The notes: a model not told the origin generated them from the sequence alone. 55,715 nt of DNA from an uncultured bacterium (GCA_903850745.1 CAINMH010000047.1:1-55715), one strand, 5' to 3'. Positions 10,702-20,942 are shown, counted from the stretch's first letter. Numbers and translations are program-made.

Positions 10702-10739
10702 ATTTCCAACTGGTGTGGGCATTGTTTCGCCGGTGTTTC
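10702..10739 (-). promoter_or_regulatory. Candidate GlnR operator: four pentamers in exact 11-nt phase
   Basis: The minus strand reads GAAAC-n6-GAAAC-n6-CACAC-n6-GAAAT (plus-strand pentamers start at 10735, 10724, 10713 and 10702), 110-147 nt upstream of the glnA ATG. This compares with the GlnR consensus gTnAc-n6-GaAAc-n6-GtnAC-n6-GAAAc. Confidence 0.45.
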
Positions 10740-10760
10740 GCTGGGAGATACGGTGACCCT

Positions 10761-11141
10761 GTGGAACTGTTGAAGGCCGGGTTAGGTCGCCGACTTGGTG
10801 CAATTTGCATCGATTGGGGCGCATCGCTATTGGTGGTGCAGGTGTTGTTTGGGCGCACCTATCCCTACGGCACGCCGACATCGGCGCTGATCACGGGCAT
10901 CGTTTTTGTGGTGGAGATCGCTGTGCTGACTAGCTTGATGGGCGGGTCATTTGGACAAGTTGTGCTGGGAGTGCGCGTTGTCCGGACCGATGGCTCTCGA
11001 ATATGGCCCCTGCGGGTCCTAGGACGGACACTGCTGCTGTTTTTGGTGATCCCCGCGGTGATCATGGACTCTGATGGCAGAGGGCTCCACGACAAGGCTG
11101 TCGACTCGCGAACGATTCGAATGCCACGAAGGAAAAGCTAG
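10761..11141 (+). CDS. RDD family membrane protein
   Basis: Contains AGLGRRLGAICIDWGASLLV, two to three TM segments and GLHDKAVDSRTI (RDD-type). GTG 10761 was chosen so that the gene does not cover the glnA promoter/GlnR region. The longest ORF starts at 10644. Confidence 0.65.
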   Translation: MELLKAGLGRRLGAICIDWGASLLVVQVLFGRTYPYGTPTSALITGIVFVVEIAVLTSLMGGSFGQVVLGVRVVRTDGSRIWPLRVLGRTLLLFLVIPAVIMDSDGRGLHDKAVDSRTIRMPRRKS

Positions 11142-11809
11142 CCGCGCGAAGCGCGTGACTGACGAGGCAGCGGACCCTTCGGCAGCGGGATTGCACTCTG
11201 GCGTTGTGAGAGGGCTTCTAGCCGGCGGCGGATGTCATTGGACTCCGCGGGGCGAAGATTCTTCGGTAGCTTGCCCATTTCCTTCTGTAGACGGGAAATG
11301 CGAATCTGACCCTCTTCTGTGCCCACTTGCATTTCGTAGATCGGGATTTCGGGCAGCCAACGTGCAGTCTTCTTGCGCTCAGTGGCCAGAAGCGGAACAA
11401 CTCGACTAGGGGCGCCCTCGCCGACGAGAATGATCCCGCAGCGGCCCACGACTCGGCTGACGAGATCTTGATTACGGGTGACCGCGACCGCAGGTGTGAC
11501 CGTCCAGTTGCCGCGCATGCTCTCGATGACAGCCGCGGCGGCTCCCGGTTGTCCCTCAATGGACTTATAGGCCGAACGCATGGCCACCCGGCTGAACCAA
11601 AACAGCGCGGCGATCGCACCTGCAGGTACACCGATGATGACACCGGTGGGCCAGTTCATGAAGAACGACAGCGGGGCGGCAATGACGACTCCGACGCCGA
11701 GGAAGATGCCGAGCATCTCCCAAGGGAGAGTGGGCCGACCGGCCTTGGCCATGCGGAAGTTCTCCTTGATGGTGGAGAACCGAGACTTGAGACCGGAGAA
11801 GCGCGCCAT
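11138..11809 (-). CDS. DUF4191-type membrane protein (Rv2219-like)
   Basis: Contains MARFSGLKSRFSTIKENFRMAKAGRPTLPWEMLGIFLGVGVVI and two TM segments. It lies downstream of lipA in the conserved position. Confidence 0.8.
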   Translation of the reverse strand: MARFSGLKSRFSTIKENFRMAKAGRPTLPWEMLGIFLGVGVVIAAPLSFFMNWPTGVIIGVPAGAIAALFWFSRVAMRSAYKSIEGQPGAAAAVIESMRGNWTVTPAVAVTRNQDLVSRVVGRCGIILVGEGAPSRVVPLLATERKKTARWLPEIPIYEMQVGTEEGQIRISRLQKEMGKLPKNLRPAESNDIRRRLEALSQRQSAIPLPKGPLPRQSRASRG

Positions 11810-11820
11810 GAAAGGTAAGC

Positions 11821-12759
11821 CTACGCGCCAAGGCCGGTGCGCGCAGCGATGGCCTCCGCGTACAGCCGTCCGGCTCGATACGACGAGCGAACGAGGGGGC
11901 CGCTGAGCACCCCAAGCAAGCCAATTTCACGGGCGGTCTGCTCGAGAGCCACGAACTCGTCGGGGTGTACCCACCGGGCGACGGGGTGATGGCGCGACGA
12001 GGGGCGAAGGTACTGAGTGATCGTCACCAAGTCGCAACCAGCGTCATGCAAGTCCTGGAGAGCTTGGCTCACCTCATCGGGTTCTTCGCCCATGCCCAGG
12101 ATCAGATTTGACTTCGTGACAAGTCCGAAGGCGCGAGCTTGAGTGATGACGTCGAGCGAGCGCTCGTATTCGAAGGCTGGCCGCACAGTGCGGAAGAGCC
12201 GCGGAACGGTCTCAAGATTGTGGGCGAGCACCTGTGGCCCCGCTTCGAATACCTCTGTGAGCAAGGTGGGGTTGCCGCTGAAGTCAGGAATGAGAATCTC
12301 AACGCCGGTGTCTGGATTGAGTTCGTGTATTGCTCTGATCGTCTCGGCATACAGCCAAGCGCCTTCGTCTTCGAGATCATCACGCGCTACACCAGTGACA
12401 GTCGCATAACGCAGTTGCATGGTGCGAACCGATTCGGCAACGCGTCGCGGTTCATCGCGATCGAGGGGGGCTGGTTTCCCGGTGTCGATTTGGCAGAAGT
12501 CGCATCGCCGGGTGCATTGTTCGCCGCCAATGAGGAACGTTGCCTCACGGTCCTCCCAACATTCGTAGATGTTTGGGCAACCCGCTTCTTGACAGACAGT
12601 GTGCAGCCCTTCGCGCTTCACCAAAGCTTGCAGTGACAAGAACTCTGGTCCGGTCCGGGCACGCGTCTTTATCCACTCGGGCTTGCGCTCAATCGGAGTC
12701 TGAGCGTTGCGCGCCTCAATGCGAAGCAATTTACGCTGGCCGCTGCCCTCTGAGGTCAC
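11821..12759 (-). CDS. lipA: Lipoyl synthase
   Basis: Contains the radical-SAM CTRRCDFC motif and the [12 protein letters not shown] cluster. GTG 12759 forms a GTGA overlap with the lipB stop. The longer ORF to 12930 would run through lipB. Confidence 0.9.
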   Translation of the reverse strand: MTSEGSGQRKLLRIEARNAQTPIERKPEWIKTRARTGPEFLSLQALVKREGLHTVCQEAGCPNIYECWEDREATFLIGGEQCTRRCDFCQIDTGKPAPLDRDEPRRVAESVRTMQLRYATVTGVARDDLEDEGAWLYAETIRAIHELNPDTGVEILIPDFSGNPTLLTEVFEAGPQVLAHNLETVPRLFRTVRPAFEYERSLDVITQARAFGLVTKSNLILGMGEEPDEVSQALQDLHDAGCDLVTITQYLRPSSRHHPVARWVHPDEFVALEQTAREIGLLGVLSGPLVRSSYRAGRLYAEAIAARTGLGA

Positions 12760-13412
12760 GGGCTCAACCTTACGGACTCTGGCAACGGCTGCCAGCGCTG
12801 GAGGTGTTCTTCCACCACATCCGCTGCCGCGTGAATCGAGATCGGGCACCCGAGTTCGGCACTCAGGCTGGTGACCGTGGCGTCTTGGATACCGCACGGC
12901 ACAATGCGACCAAACTCGGCCAAATCGCAATCGCAGTTCAGTGCGAACCCGTGCATCGTGACGCCTTTTGCGACGCGTACGCCGATTGCAGCCACCTTGC
13001 GATCTGGGCCCTTTTCATCAGCGGCTATCCACACCCCGCTCCGCCCACTAATGCGTGTGGTGGGAAGTCCCAGATCGGTGCAGACGCCGATCAAGAGGGC
13101 TTCGAGTTGGCGTACGTAGTCCACGACAGCAAGAGGCTCACGAAGATGCACGATGGGGTAGCCGACGAGTTGTCCGGGTCCGTGCCATGTGATGCGCCCG
13201 CCGCGGTCAACGTCGATGACGGGCGTGCCATCAATCGGTCGATCGCCTACCTCGGTGCGTCGACCAGCGGTATAGACGGCTTGGTGCTCGAGGAGCAGAA
13301 CAGTGTCTTCTACTCGCTTGCAGACAACATCGTTGTGCAGCTCACGCTGTGCTTCCCAGGCCGCGGCGTATTCGATCTGGTTGACCCCTAGGTCCCACCG
13401 GACAACGCGCAC
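12756..13412 (-). CDS. lipB: Lipoyl(octanoyl) transferase
   Basis: Contains [33 protein letters not shown] and the active-site PCG. The GTG start directly abuts the upstream stop. Confidence 0.9.
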   Translation of the reverse strand: MRVVRWDLGVNQIEYAAAWEAQRELHNDVVCKRVEDTVLLLEHQAVYTAGRRTEVGDRPIDGTPVIDVDRGGRITWHGPGQLVGYPIVHLREPLAVVDYVRQLEALLIGVCTDLGLPTTRISGRSGVWIAADEKGPDRKVAAIGVRVAKGVTMHGFALNCDCDLAEFGRIVPCGIQDATVTSLSAELGCPISIHAAADVVEEHLQRWQPLPESVRLSP

Positions 13413-14126
13413 CTACAAGCGTCCGATCTCAAGACGTGTCTCGAGTGTCTCGCCGCTGACACGTTCAATGCGGTAGGCCGCAGACTGAGACGACGGCGAG
13501 TCGGCAATGACTTCAACGGGTTCAGTGCCTTCGTATAGCAAGCCAATGCCGTCGTCAGTTGCGAAGGTCGTGGGCAGAGTGCCGTCTGCCACGAGTGAGT
13601 GCACCATCGGGCGTCGCTGCACCTCGCTGTCGTAGTGGACGCCGTTGCCGTAAGGAATGAGCCCCAGCGCATTCGTCACAGGCGCAAGCGTGGGTCCGAA
13701 CGAGTCCGTGGGGCCACCGACATGCCAGCAAATGGATCCGGCGCTCACGCCCGCTAGAACGGTGCCGCTATCCCATGCATTACGCATAGCGTCATCAACG
13801 CCATGCAGGCTCCACAGCGCAAGCAGGTTGGCAACACTGCCCCCGCCGACCCAGATCAAGTCACTGCGGCCGAGGATTTCATCAGGCTCTCGGTTCGGCA
13901 TGGTGAATAGAGCGAGATGATCAACTTCGGCAATGCCGGAAAGCGCTGAGTACATGCGCGACAGGTATGAGTCCGAGTCACCACTTGCGGTGAGAACGAG
14001 ACAGACGCGTGGCCGCTCCTTGCCGGTCAGTCGCAGCCCCTCCAGAATTGTTCGTCCAGGGACCATCACGCCCCAGCGATTAGTGGGCAAGAACCCGCCG
14101 CTGGTCGCCAAGATGCGTCGTGTCAC
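13413..14126 (-). CDS. Peptidase E / S51 family (type 1 glutamine-amidotransferase-like)
   Basis: Contains RILATSGGF, VCLVLTASGDS and the nucleophile elbow LAGVSAGSICW. GTG 14126 gives a GTGA overlap with the upstream stop. The 384-aa ORF extension overlaps the neighbouring gene and was rejected. Confidence 0.8.
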   Translation of the reverse strand: MTRRILATSGGFLPTNRWGVMVPGRTILEGLRLTGKERPRVCLVLTASGDSDSYLSRMYSALSGIAEVDHLALFTMPNREPDEILGRSDLIWVGGGSVANLLALWSLHGVDDAMRNAWDSGTVLAGVSAGSICWHVGGPTDSFGPTLAPVTNALGLIPYGNGVHYDSEVQRRPMVHSLVADGTLPTTFATDDGIGLLYEGTEPVEVIADSPSSQSAAYRIERVSGETLETRLEIGRL

Positions 14127-15376
14127 GTGAGCCCTCCTAGGTGTGTCTTGACTGATTCTGCTACACGCCGACCACTGACCATTGCACCTTGGATAGAAGC
14201 GGTGTCCCTGTGGTCTCCAGCGACGAAGACTCCACCGCCAAGATCGACGGGGAGTCGTCGAGAAAACGGTGGGTCCTGGGCTGGAAGGGCGAAGGGAATC
14301 TCGTATGTGCCGACGAGCTCCCAATCTGCAGCGTTGGTGGCGTACAGCTCCGAAAGGTGACCAAGAATGTCGCTCTGTTTCATGTGTCCGTGTAGACCCA
14401 AAGCGGAGGAGGAGACGAGAACTCGGCCGTGGCTCGCGTACGAAGGTGCTGCGTGGCTCAGCACGACGGAGTTGGTCAGCGGTCCGTGCCTCACGCGTCC
14501 GTCGAGGACGAGAATGGGCTTTCCACGGGTGAGGGATTGTGGTGGAACGTGGGCGAGGTGGTACCACGTGGTCACCGCCCTCGACAGTGGCACGGGAAGG
14601 TCGGGGAGCAGCATCGACACTCCCGGAACATCCGCAGCCACGATGATGGCGCGTGCGCGGTGGCTTCCACTGGTGAGGTGCGCTGTCTGTTTCTCAATAG
14701 ACAAGGCTCGTACGCCCAAAGAGATGGACTCCCGTGGGATTCCATCTGCGATCTGTAGGGGGATCGCCTGCATCCCCCGAGCAGGGACCGAGGGCGTACC
14801 CCGTACGAATGAGCGCAGTACGAGGTCCATGAATCGACGAGATGTTTCAAGTGAATCATCAAGGAAGACGCCAGCTAGGAAGGGTCGAATGAACCTATCG
14901 ATGAGTTCGGCGGACACTCCCGCTGAGCGCAAGGCGTCGTAGGCGTTGACATCTGGGCGCTGCGCGAGGCCGCTTGATGAGGCGACAGCGCATCCCAGGG
15001 CATACGCCGCGAATCGAGACTTAGCGAACTTCGAGCCAACATCTGCTCGAAGTGCTCCGAAAAGGGATCCACCACGGCGCGGGTCGGCGATGACGTACGA
15101 GCCTGAGTCGGTCAGGACCTGCGCCCCAGGAGTGAAGCTACGCAGCGCCAATGCTTCGACATCGAGTGCTCGCTGCACCTCGGGGTAAGCCGGGTTGATG
15201 AGTTGGAAGCCTCGATCAAGGAGCAAGCCGTCAACTTCGTCTGTTCTGATCCGACCACCGACGGCATCAGAGGCCTCGACTACAGCGACGTGGTAACCGG
15301 CTCTGACTAGTTCGCGTGCACACGTCAGGCCGGCTAGACCCGCACCAATGACGAGCGCATCGCTGTCGTAGTCCAC
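14123..15376 (-). CDS. NAD(P)/FAD-dependent oxidoreductase (amine-oxidase/desaturase-like)
   Basis: Contains the N-terminal dinucleotide fold ALVIGAGLAGLTCARELVRAGYHVAVVEASDAVGGRIRT and a C-terminal FVAGDH motif. Confidence 0.8.
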   Translation of the reverse strand: MDYDSDALVIGAGLAGLTCARELVRAGYHVAVVEASDAVGGRIRTDEVDGLLLDRGFQLINPAYPEVQRALDVEALALRSFTPGAQVLTDSGSYVIADPRRGGSLFGALRADVGSKFAKSRFAAYALGCAVASSSGLAQRPDVNAYDALRSAGVSAELIDRFIRPFLAGVFLDDSLETSRRFMDLVLRSFVRGTPSVPARGMQAIPLQIADGIPRESISLGVRALSIEKQTAHLTSGSHRARAIIVAADVPGVSMLLPDLPVPLSRAVTTWYHLAHVPPQSLTRGKPILVLDGRVRHGPLTNSVVLSHAAPSYASHGRVLVSSSALGLHGHMKQSDILGHLSELYATNAADWELVGTYEIPFALPAQDPPFSRRLPVDLGGGVFVAGDHRDTASIQGAMVSGRRVAESVKTHLGGLT

Positions 15377-15377
15377 G

Positions 15378-16268
15378 TCAGGAGGCTAATGCACTTCGGA
15401 TCGCGGTATCGATGTCTGCGTCCTGCCACACAAAGCCACGTGACTCCAGAAGCGCAGGTATAACCCGCTGACTGCCCAGCACGTCTTGAGAGAACTCGCC
15501 GAGGACCGCCTTGAGCGCGAATGCAGGTACGGGGAGAACCGTGGGGCGGCCCAACACGCGCCCCATGGCGGCAGTGACTTCCTTATTGGTGACCGGCGTG
15601 GGCGCAGTGAGATTGACCGGTCCTGACATGGGGTTCTCAAGAAGGTGCACTAGTGCGGCGACTTCATCACGAAGGGAGATGAAAGACCAGTACTGGCTTC
15701 CAGAACCGACTCGTCCGCCAAGACCGGCCTTAAAGATGGGGAACAGTTTCGCCCAGGCGCCGCCGTCACCACTGACCACAAGTCCGGTGCGTGCGAAAGC
15801 TGTCGGAACGCCAGCGTCGATCGCCGCCGCAGCAGACTTTTCCCATTCGCCCACTACGCCAGCCAAGAATCCAGCACCTTGGGGTGCTGACTCATCAACT
15901 GCCCTATCGGCGGTGTCTCCATAGAAGCCGATGGCGGAACCACAGATAAAAGCGACAGCGGGTGTAGGCAAAGATGCGATCGCAGCCGAGATCGTCCGAG
16001 TGCCCTCGACACGAGAGTTCAAGATTTCTTGCTTGTAGGCATCGGTCCACCGGTGATCACCGACTCCGGCGCCGGCGAGATGAAAGACCGCTTGGGTGTC
16101 GACAAAACGAGCCATGTCGACAGTCCCGCGCGCGGGATCCCACTGTGCTTCATCGGGTGCAGCCGGCGCTCGTCGAACCAGTCGCAGAACGCCATGGCCT
16201 CGCTGGCGTAATGCGGTAACTAGGGCTGACCCGATCAGGCCAGTACTGCCCGTGACGGCGATTTTCAT
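15378..16268 (-). CDS. TIGR01777-type SDR/epimerase family oxidoreductase (Rv2216-like)
   Basis: Contains [31 protein letters not shown] overlap with the E2 stop. The position matches that in M. tuberculosis. Confidence 0.8.
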   Translation of the reverse strand: MKIAVTGSTGLIGSALVTALRQRGHGVLRLVRRAPAAPDEAQWDPARGTVDMARFVDTQAVFHLAGAGVGDHRWTDAYKQEILNSRVEGTRTISAAIASLPTPAVAFICGSAIGFYGDTADRAVDESAPQGAGFLAGVVGEWEKSAAAAIDAGVPTAFARTGLVVSGDGGAWAKLFPIFKAGLGGRVGSGSQYWSFISLRDEVAALVHLLENPMSGPVNLTAPTPVTNKEVTAAMGRVLGRPTVLPVPAFALKAVLGEFSQDVLGSQRVIPALLESRGFVWQDADIDTAIRSALAS

Positions 16269-17947
16269 GCGGTGTTGAGATCTCCTTCGAATGATCCTTC
16301 TTCAAGACGCTGCTTGATTGCCCCAAGGAAGCGAGCAGCATCGGCGCCATCCACGAGACGGTGGTCGTAGCTCAGCGCGAGGTACGCCATGCTGCGGACG
16401 GCGATGAGGTCATTGCCATTGTCGTCGGCCATGACCACCGCACGTTTCACGATCGCGCCGGTGCCCAGAATCGCCACCTGCGGGAGGTTGATGATTGGCG
16501 TGTCGAATAGCGCTCCGCGGCTACCGGTATTGGTGATGGTGAAGGTGCCACCGCCCAACTCGTCCGGTGACACCTTGTTGGTGCGGGTGCGCTCCGCGAC
16601 ATCAGCAATGCGACGGGCGAGTGCGGCGATGGTGAGATCTTCTGCACCGCGGATCACCGGAACCAAGAGCCCTCGCTCTGTGTCGACGGCGATGCCGAGG
16701 TTGGTGGCATCGTGGTAGGTGATCTCCGTGGAGTCGGCATTGAGTGATGCATTGAGTTGTGGGAAATGGCGCAGTGCCTCGACTGTTGCCTTGGCAAAGA
16801 ACGGCAGAAAAGTGAGCTTGGCGTTTTCACGAGCCGCAAAGCCGCTCTTGGACTTATTACGTAGATTCGACACGCGGGTCATGTCAACCTCGACGACGGT
16901 CGTGAGTTGAGCGCTTGTCTGCAGGGAAGTCACCATGCGTTCCGCGATGACACGACGGAGCCGGCTCATGGGAACGGTAGTTCCACGCAGCGCAGACGCC
17001 ACTGTCGTCGATGCTGAGGTGGCTGCTGATGCTGCCGCGGGAGGCGTTGGGGCAGCCTTAGCCGCTGCTGCAGCGAGAACATCTGATTTGCGGATGCGAC
17101 CGCCAACTCCGGTGCCTACGAGCGCGTTGATGTCGACGCCGTTTTCACTCGCGAGCTTGCGCACTAGGGGAGTGAGGTATGGCTCTTCGACGGAATTGAT
17201 TGGCGTGGGCGCATGCGCAGGCGCAGGTGTGGGCGCAGCGACAACAGGCGCAGGTGCTGGTGTGGGCGCAGCGACAACAGGTGCTGGTGCAGGTGCAGGT
17301 GCAGGTACAGGCGCAGCGACAGCAGGCGCAGCTCCGGGCACTCCGATGATCGCGAGCACGGCTCCGACGGGAACCACGGCGTCCTCAGCGGCGCGGATCT
17401 CGAGCAAAGTTCCGGCAGCGGGAGAAGGAATCTCGGTGTCTACCTTGTCCGTGGAGATTTCGACCAATGGTTCATCTGCCGCGACCTGATCGCCCACCTT
17501 CTTCAGCCACCGCGTGATGGTGCCTTCGGTGACGCTCTCGCCAAGTTGGGGGAGTACGACTTCGGTACCCGTGCTTGGGGCGGCGGGCGCAACAACGGCG
17601 GGGGCCGGTGTAGCTACGGGAGCAGCAACAACGGGTTCTACGACAATTGGTTCTGGAACGACGGGTGCTGGCGCAGGTACAGGTTCGGGTTGCGGAGCCG
17701 AACTCTCATCGGCAGATCCGATGACGGCAAGTTCTCCACCGACGAGAACAACGTCATCCTCCATTGCTCGAATTTCGAGCAGGATGCCACTTGTGGGTGC
17801 GGGAATCTCGGTGTCGACTTTGTCGGTGGACACCTCTACCAAAGGCTCGTCTGCGTTGACGAAATCGCCCACCTTCTTCAGCCAGCGCGTCACAGTGCCC
17901 TCGGTGACGCTCTCGCCAAGTTGAGGCATCGTCACAGAAACCGGCAT
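16265..17947 (-). CDS. sucB: Dihydrolipoamide acyl(succinyl)transferase E2 with two lipoyl domains
   Basis: Has two near-identical lipoyl domains ([12 protein letters not shown] and [12 protein letters not shown]), Ala/Pro linkers and a catalytic [16 protein letters not shown] motif. Confidence 0.9.
   Translation of the reverse strand: MPVSVTMPQLGESVTEGTVTRWLKKVGDFVNADEPLVEVSTDKVDTEIPAPTSGILLEIRAMEDDVVLVGGELAVIGSADESSAPQPEPVPAPAPVVPEPIVVEPVVAAPVATPAPAVVAPAAPSTGTEVVLPQLGESVTEGTITRWLKKVGDQVAADEPLVEISTDKVDTEIPSPAAGTLLEIRAAEDAVVPVGAVLAIIGVPGAAPAVAAPVPAPAPAPAPVVAAPTPAPAPVVAAPTPAPAHAPTPINSVEEPYLTPLVRKLASENGVDINALVGTGVGGRIRKSDVLAAAAAKAAPTPPAAASAATSASTTVASALRGTTVPMSRLRRVIAERMVTSLQTSAQLTTVVEVDMTRVSNLRNKSKSGFAARENAKLTFLPFFAKATVEALRHFPQLNASLNADSTEITYHDATNLGIAVDTERGLLVPVIRGAEDLTIAALARRIADVAERTRTNKVSPDELGGGTFTITNTGSRGALFDTPIINLPQVAILGTGAIVKRAVVMADDNGNDLIAVRSMAYLALSYDHRLVDGADAARFLGAIKQRLEEGSFEGDLNTA
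17211..17335 (-). repeat. In-frame tandem repeat (about 33-nt period) encoding the Ala/Pro-rich E2 linker
   Basis: GGTGTGGGCGCAGCGACAACAGG occurs at 17226-17248 and 17259-17281, flanked by GGTGCAGGTGCAGGTGCAGGT. It encodes [26 protein letters not shown]. Confidence 0.7.
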
Positions 17948-17974
17948 GGTGATTCTCCTTCTTGTGGCTGTGGC

Positions 17975-19345
17975 TTACGAGTGAGCGTGGAGGGGCTTGC
18001 CAGCGAGTGCGAGATGAGCCTCGCCCATCGCTTCGTTTTGGGTGGGATGAGCGTGGACGAGCATTGCGACATCTTCTGGGTAGGCCTCCCAATTGACGAT
18101 GAGTTGCGCTTCGCCAATCTGCTCGCCCATGCGGCTACCGACCATGTGAATACCGACCACGGGGCCGTCATTGCGCTGTACCAACTTCACGAATCCGGCA
18201 GTGCCAAGAATCTGGCTCTTGCCATTGCCGCCGAGGTTGTACTCATATGAGGTCACAGCATCTGCGCCGAACTGCTCCTTGGCCTGCGCTTCGGTGAGCC
18301 CCACCGAAGCCACCTCGGGCTCGGAGTAGGTGACCTTGGGAATATCAGAATCCTTGATGAAGCGAGGTCCGAGTCCGGCCATGTGCTCAGCAACGAAGAT
18401 GCCGTGCTGGAAGCCGCGGTGGGCGAGTTGGAGCCCGGGGGTGATGTCGCCGACCGCGTACACGCCGGGCACGTTGGTCTTGAGCTGGTCGTCCACCAGC
18501 ACCCAGCCGCGTTCCATGGCAATGCCAGCCTCTTCGTAGCCCATGTTGGCGGTCTGTGGACCGCGTCCGACAGCGACGAGGAGAAGGTCAGCAGTGAGGA
18601 CTTGGCCATCTTCAAGTGTCACTGTGACGCCAGCGGAATCCTGGGTCGCGCTTGCGAAGCGGACGCCGGTGGAGAAGTTGATGCCACGCTTGCGATAGGC
18701 ACGTTCGAATGCTTTCGACACTGCTTCGTCTTCAGCGGGCACCAATCGAGGTAGTGCCTCGATGATCGTGACGTCGGAGCCGAAGGACTTCCATACGCTC
18801 GCGAACTCGACTCCAATGACACCACCGCCTAGAACCAAAACTCGCTCGGGGATCCAATCAAGATCAAGGGCCTGATCGGATGTCATGATGCGTCCGCCGA
18901 TCTCAAGACCGGGGAGAGTGCGCGCGTAGGAACCGGTTGCGAGTACGACGTTGCGACCGACATAGCGCTCACCGTTGACTTCGACCGTGTTCGGAGCGAC
19001 GAGGCGACCGGTGCCTTCGACGTAGGTGACATTGCGGCTCTTGACTAGGCCTTGGAGTCCCTTGTAGAGGCGTCCCACTATGCCGTCACGGTAGGCGTTG
19101 ACCTTCGTCATGTCGATGCCGTTCAGCGTGGCGTCGACTCCAAAGGCCGCGCTCTCTCTGGCTGAGTCAGCGACTTCACCGGCGTGGAGGAGAGCCTTGG
19201 TTGGGATGCAACCGTTATGAAGGCAGGTGCCACCCAGTTTGCCCTTCTCGATCAGAACGACCGACAAGCCCAACTGCGATGCTCGCAGGGCGCATGCATA
19301 ACCGCCGCTACCACCACCGAGGATGACGACATCTGACTCTGGCAC
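17975..19345 (-). CDS. lpd: Dihydrolipoyl dehydrogenase (E3)
   Basis: Contains GGGSGGYACALRASQLG, the redox-active CLHNGCIPTK motif and a C-terminal HAHPT motif. Confidence 0.9.
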   Translation of the reverse strand: MPESDVVILGGGSGGYACALRASQLGLSVVLIEKGKLGGTCLHNGCIPTKALLHAGEVADSARESAAFGVDATLNGIDMTKVNAYRDGIVGRLYKGLQGLVKSRNVTYVEGTGRLVAPNTVEVNGERYVGRNVVLATGSYARTLPGLEIGGRIMTSDQALDLDWIPERVLVLGGGVIGVEFASVWKSFGSDVTIIEALPRLVPAEDEAVSKAFERAYRKRGINFSTGVRFASATQDSAGVTVTLEDGQVLTADLLLVAVGRGPQTANMGYEEAGIAMERGWVLVDDQLKTNVPGVYAVGDITPGLQLAHRGFQHGIFVAEHMAGLGPRFIKDSDIPKVTYSEPEVASVGLTEAQAKEQFGADAVTSYEYNLGGNGKSQILGTAGFVKLVQRNDGPVVGIHMVGSRMGEQIGEAQLIVNWEAYPEDVAMLVHAHPTQNEAMGEAHLALAGKPLHAHS

Positions 19346-19398
19346 CGACTACTCCCATCCACAAGGCAAGGACCTTCATCCTCCCACGGTGAGTGTGG

Positions 19399-20889
19399 TC
19401 AGACGAAGCGCCCCTCAGCGAGGTCTTGGGCGACTCGGACGAGGGTGCGGACCGACATTCCGGTGCCACCTTTTGGGGTGTGCCCGTGCGGGGAGCCGGA
19501 ATTGAACGCCGGACCAGCAATGTCTAGATGGGCCCAGGAGATGCTCGCTGGGACGAACTCGCGAAGGAACACCGCGCCCGTCATCATTCCGCCCATACGT
19601 TCCCCAATATTGGCCAGATCGGCCACCTGCGAGTCGAGAGACGGGCGCAGTTCGTCTGGGAGCGGCATTGGCCACATAGACTCGCCGGCTGCGGTGGCCG
19701 AGGCGACGACCGCGTCGCGCGCAGCATCGTCGTTGCCCATCACTCCGGCGGTCCGATTGCCAAGAGCGATTCCTTGCGCGCCCGTGAGTGTGGCGACATC
19801 CACGATGAGATCAGGTTTCTCCTCAGCGGCGGCGACCAGTGCATCGGCCAGGACAAGTCGGCCTTCAGCGTCGGTGTTGAGGACCTCCACGGTACGTCCG
19901 CCGTAAATTGTGATGACGTCACTGGGGCGCTGTGCCTTTCCACCGGGCATGTTCTCGGCACAAGCCAGCCAACCGGTCACATTGACTTTCAACCCCAGTC
20001 GGGCGATGGCAACTACTGCCTCCAGAACGGACGCCGCTCCTGCCATGTCACATTTCATCGTCTCCATTGCCTGCGGTGGTTTAAGTGAGATGCCGCCGGT
20101 GTCGAAAGTGATGCCCTTGCCTACAAGGGCGAGTGATTTCTTGGCACCAGCTGGTCGGTAGTCGAGTCGAACCAAACGCGGGGGATTCACGGACCCTTGT
20201 CCGACTGCGGTGATACCACCGAATCCCTCCGTACGAAGTTGCTTTTCGGTCCAGATGCGCGCCTTCAGCCCATGCTCAGACGCTCGCTGCTTTGCTGCAT
20301 CCGCTAGCGCTGCAGGAGATAGTGCGGATGGAGGAGTGTTGACGAGATCACGAGTGGCTTTCACGGCTTCTGCAAGCACCGCGGCGCGATCTAGCGCCAC
20401 ACGCACTGCCTCAGACTTGGGGTCTGCCGTCAAGATCGAGAGGGCCTTAAGTGCCGTGGTGGGCTGGGTCGTTCCGGTGCCCTTGAAAGCGGTAAATGTG
20501 TAGGCCCCTAGCAGGCCGCCGAGTGCGACAGCTTCGAGGTCATCTGGATCGCTGGACCCAAACGCGAAAGTCGCGCGACGTGTGCCCGTGAGCGAGCGCG
20601 CGACTGAACCCGCGGTCCGACGCAATGTCTCAACATTGGGATCGGATCCCAGTCCGACCGCGACGACCATGGTGGCCTTGGCTATCCCTGAGCCGGGCAC
20701 GCGCGTGATCTCACCCGTGGCAGCAGTTGCCCCGAGGGCGCTCAGTGCCTCCTCCAACTTGCGCCGCCCCACTGCAGTCAGACCGGTATCGGGGCGCACT
20801 GTGGCGCCTTTTCTGCGGCCGGCGGCGGGAATGACGGCGACCACTAGGACGTCGGTGGAAATAGTCGCGGTTGCATTAAGGCTGGTCAT
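19399..20889 (-). CDS. pepA: Leucyl aminopeptidase (M17)
   Basis: Contains VGKGITFDTGGISLKP and NTDAEGRLVLADAL. ATG 20889 (MTSLNATA) was chosen. The Arg/Pro-rich extension to 21138 overlaps gcvT and was rejected. Confidence 0.9.
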   Translation of the reverse strand: MTSLNATATISTDVLVVAVIPAAGRRKGATVRPDTGLTAVGRRKLEEALSALGATAATGEITRVPGSGIAKATMVVAVGLGSDPNVETLRRTAGSVARSLTGTRRATFAFGSSDPDDLEAVALGGLLGAYTFTAFKGTGTTQPTTALKALSILTADPKSEAVRVALDRAAVLAEAVKATRDLVNTPPSALSPAALADAAKQRASEHGLKARIWTEKQLRTEGFGGITAVGQGSVNPPRLVRLDYRPAGAKKSLALVGKGITFDTGGISLKPPQAMETMKCDMAGAASVLEAVVAIARLGLKVNVTGWLACAENMPGGKAQRPSDVITIYGGRTVEVLNTDAEGRLVLADALVAAAEEKPDLIVDVATLTGAQGIALGNRTAGVMGNDDAARDAVVASATAAGESMWPMPLPDELRPSLDSQVADLANIGERMGGMMTGAVFLREFVPASISWAHLDIAGPAFNSGSPHGHTPKGGTGMSVRTLVRVAQDLAEGRFV

Positions 20890-20942
20890 GAGTGCAGAGG
20901 GTAGCCGGAGGTGGAGCTTGGTGTCTGAAGTACCGTGCCCTC

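Noticed and set aside
12540-13391. 283-aa plus-strand ORF overlapping lipA and lipB
   Set aside because: It is an antisense shadow of lipB/lipA, with no recognisable motifs and no SD.
14127-14567. N-terminal extension of the peptidase E ORF (384 aa as listed)
   Set aside because: The extension is Arg/Pro-rich and overlaps the FAD oxidoreductase gene. The family N-terminus (RILATSGGF) begins right after GTG 14126, which forms a GTGA overlap. For the same reason I trimmed pepA (to 20889), the desulfurase-like gene (to 35251), fadD (to 51414), lipA (to 12759), qcrC (to 43097) and the hydrolase (to 54094).
17213-18250. 345-aa ORF on the plus strand across the sucB/lpd junction
   Set aside because: It lies antisense to two well-supported genes and has an Arg/Gly/Cys-rich low-complexity translation. 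This is typical of shadow ORFs in high-GC DNA.
20890-20942. Possible glycine riboswitch upstream of gcvT
   Set aside because: Only about 53 nt separate pepA and gcvT, which is too short for a glycine aptamer. No conserved glycine-riboswitch core was seen.
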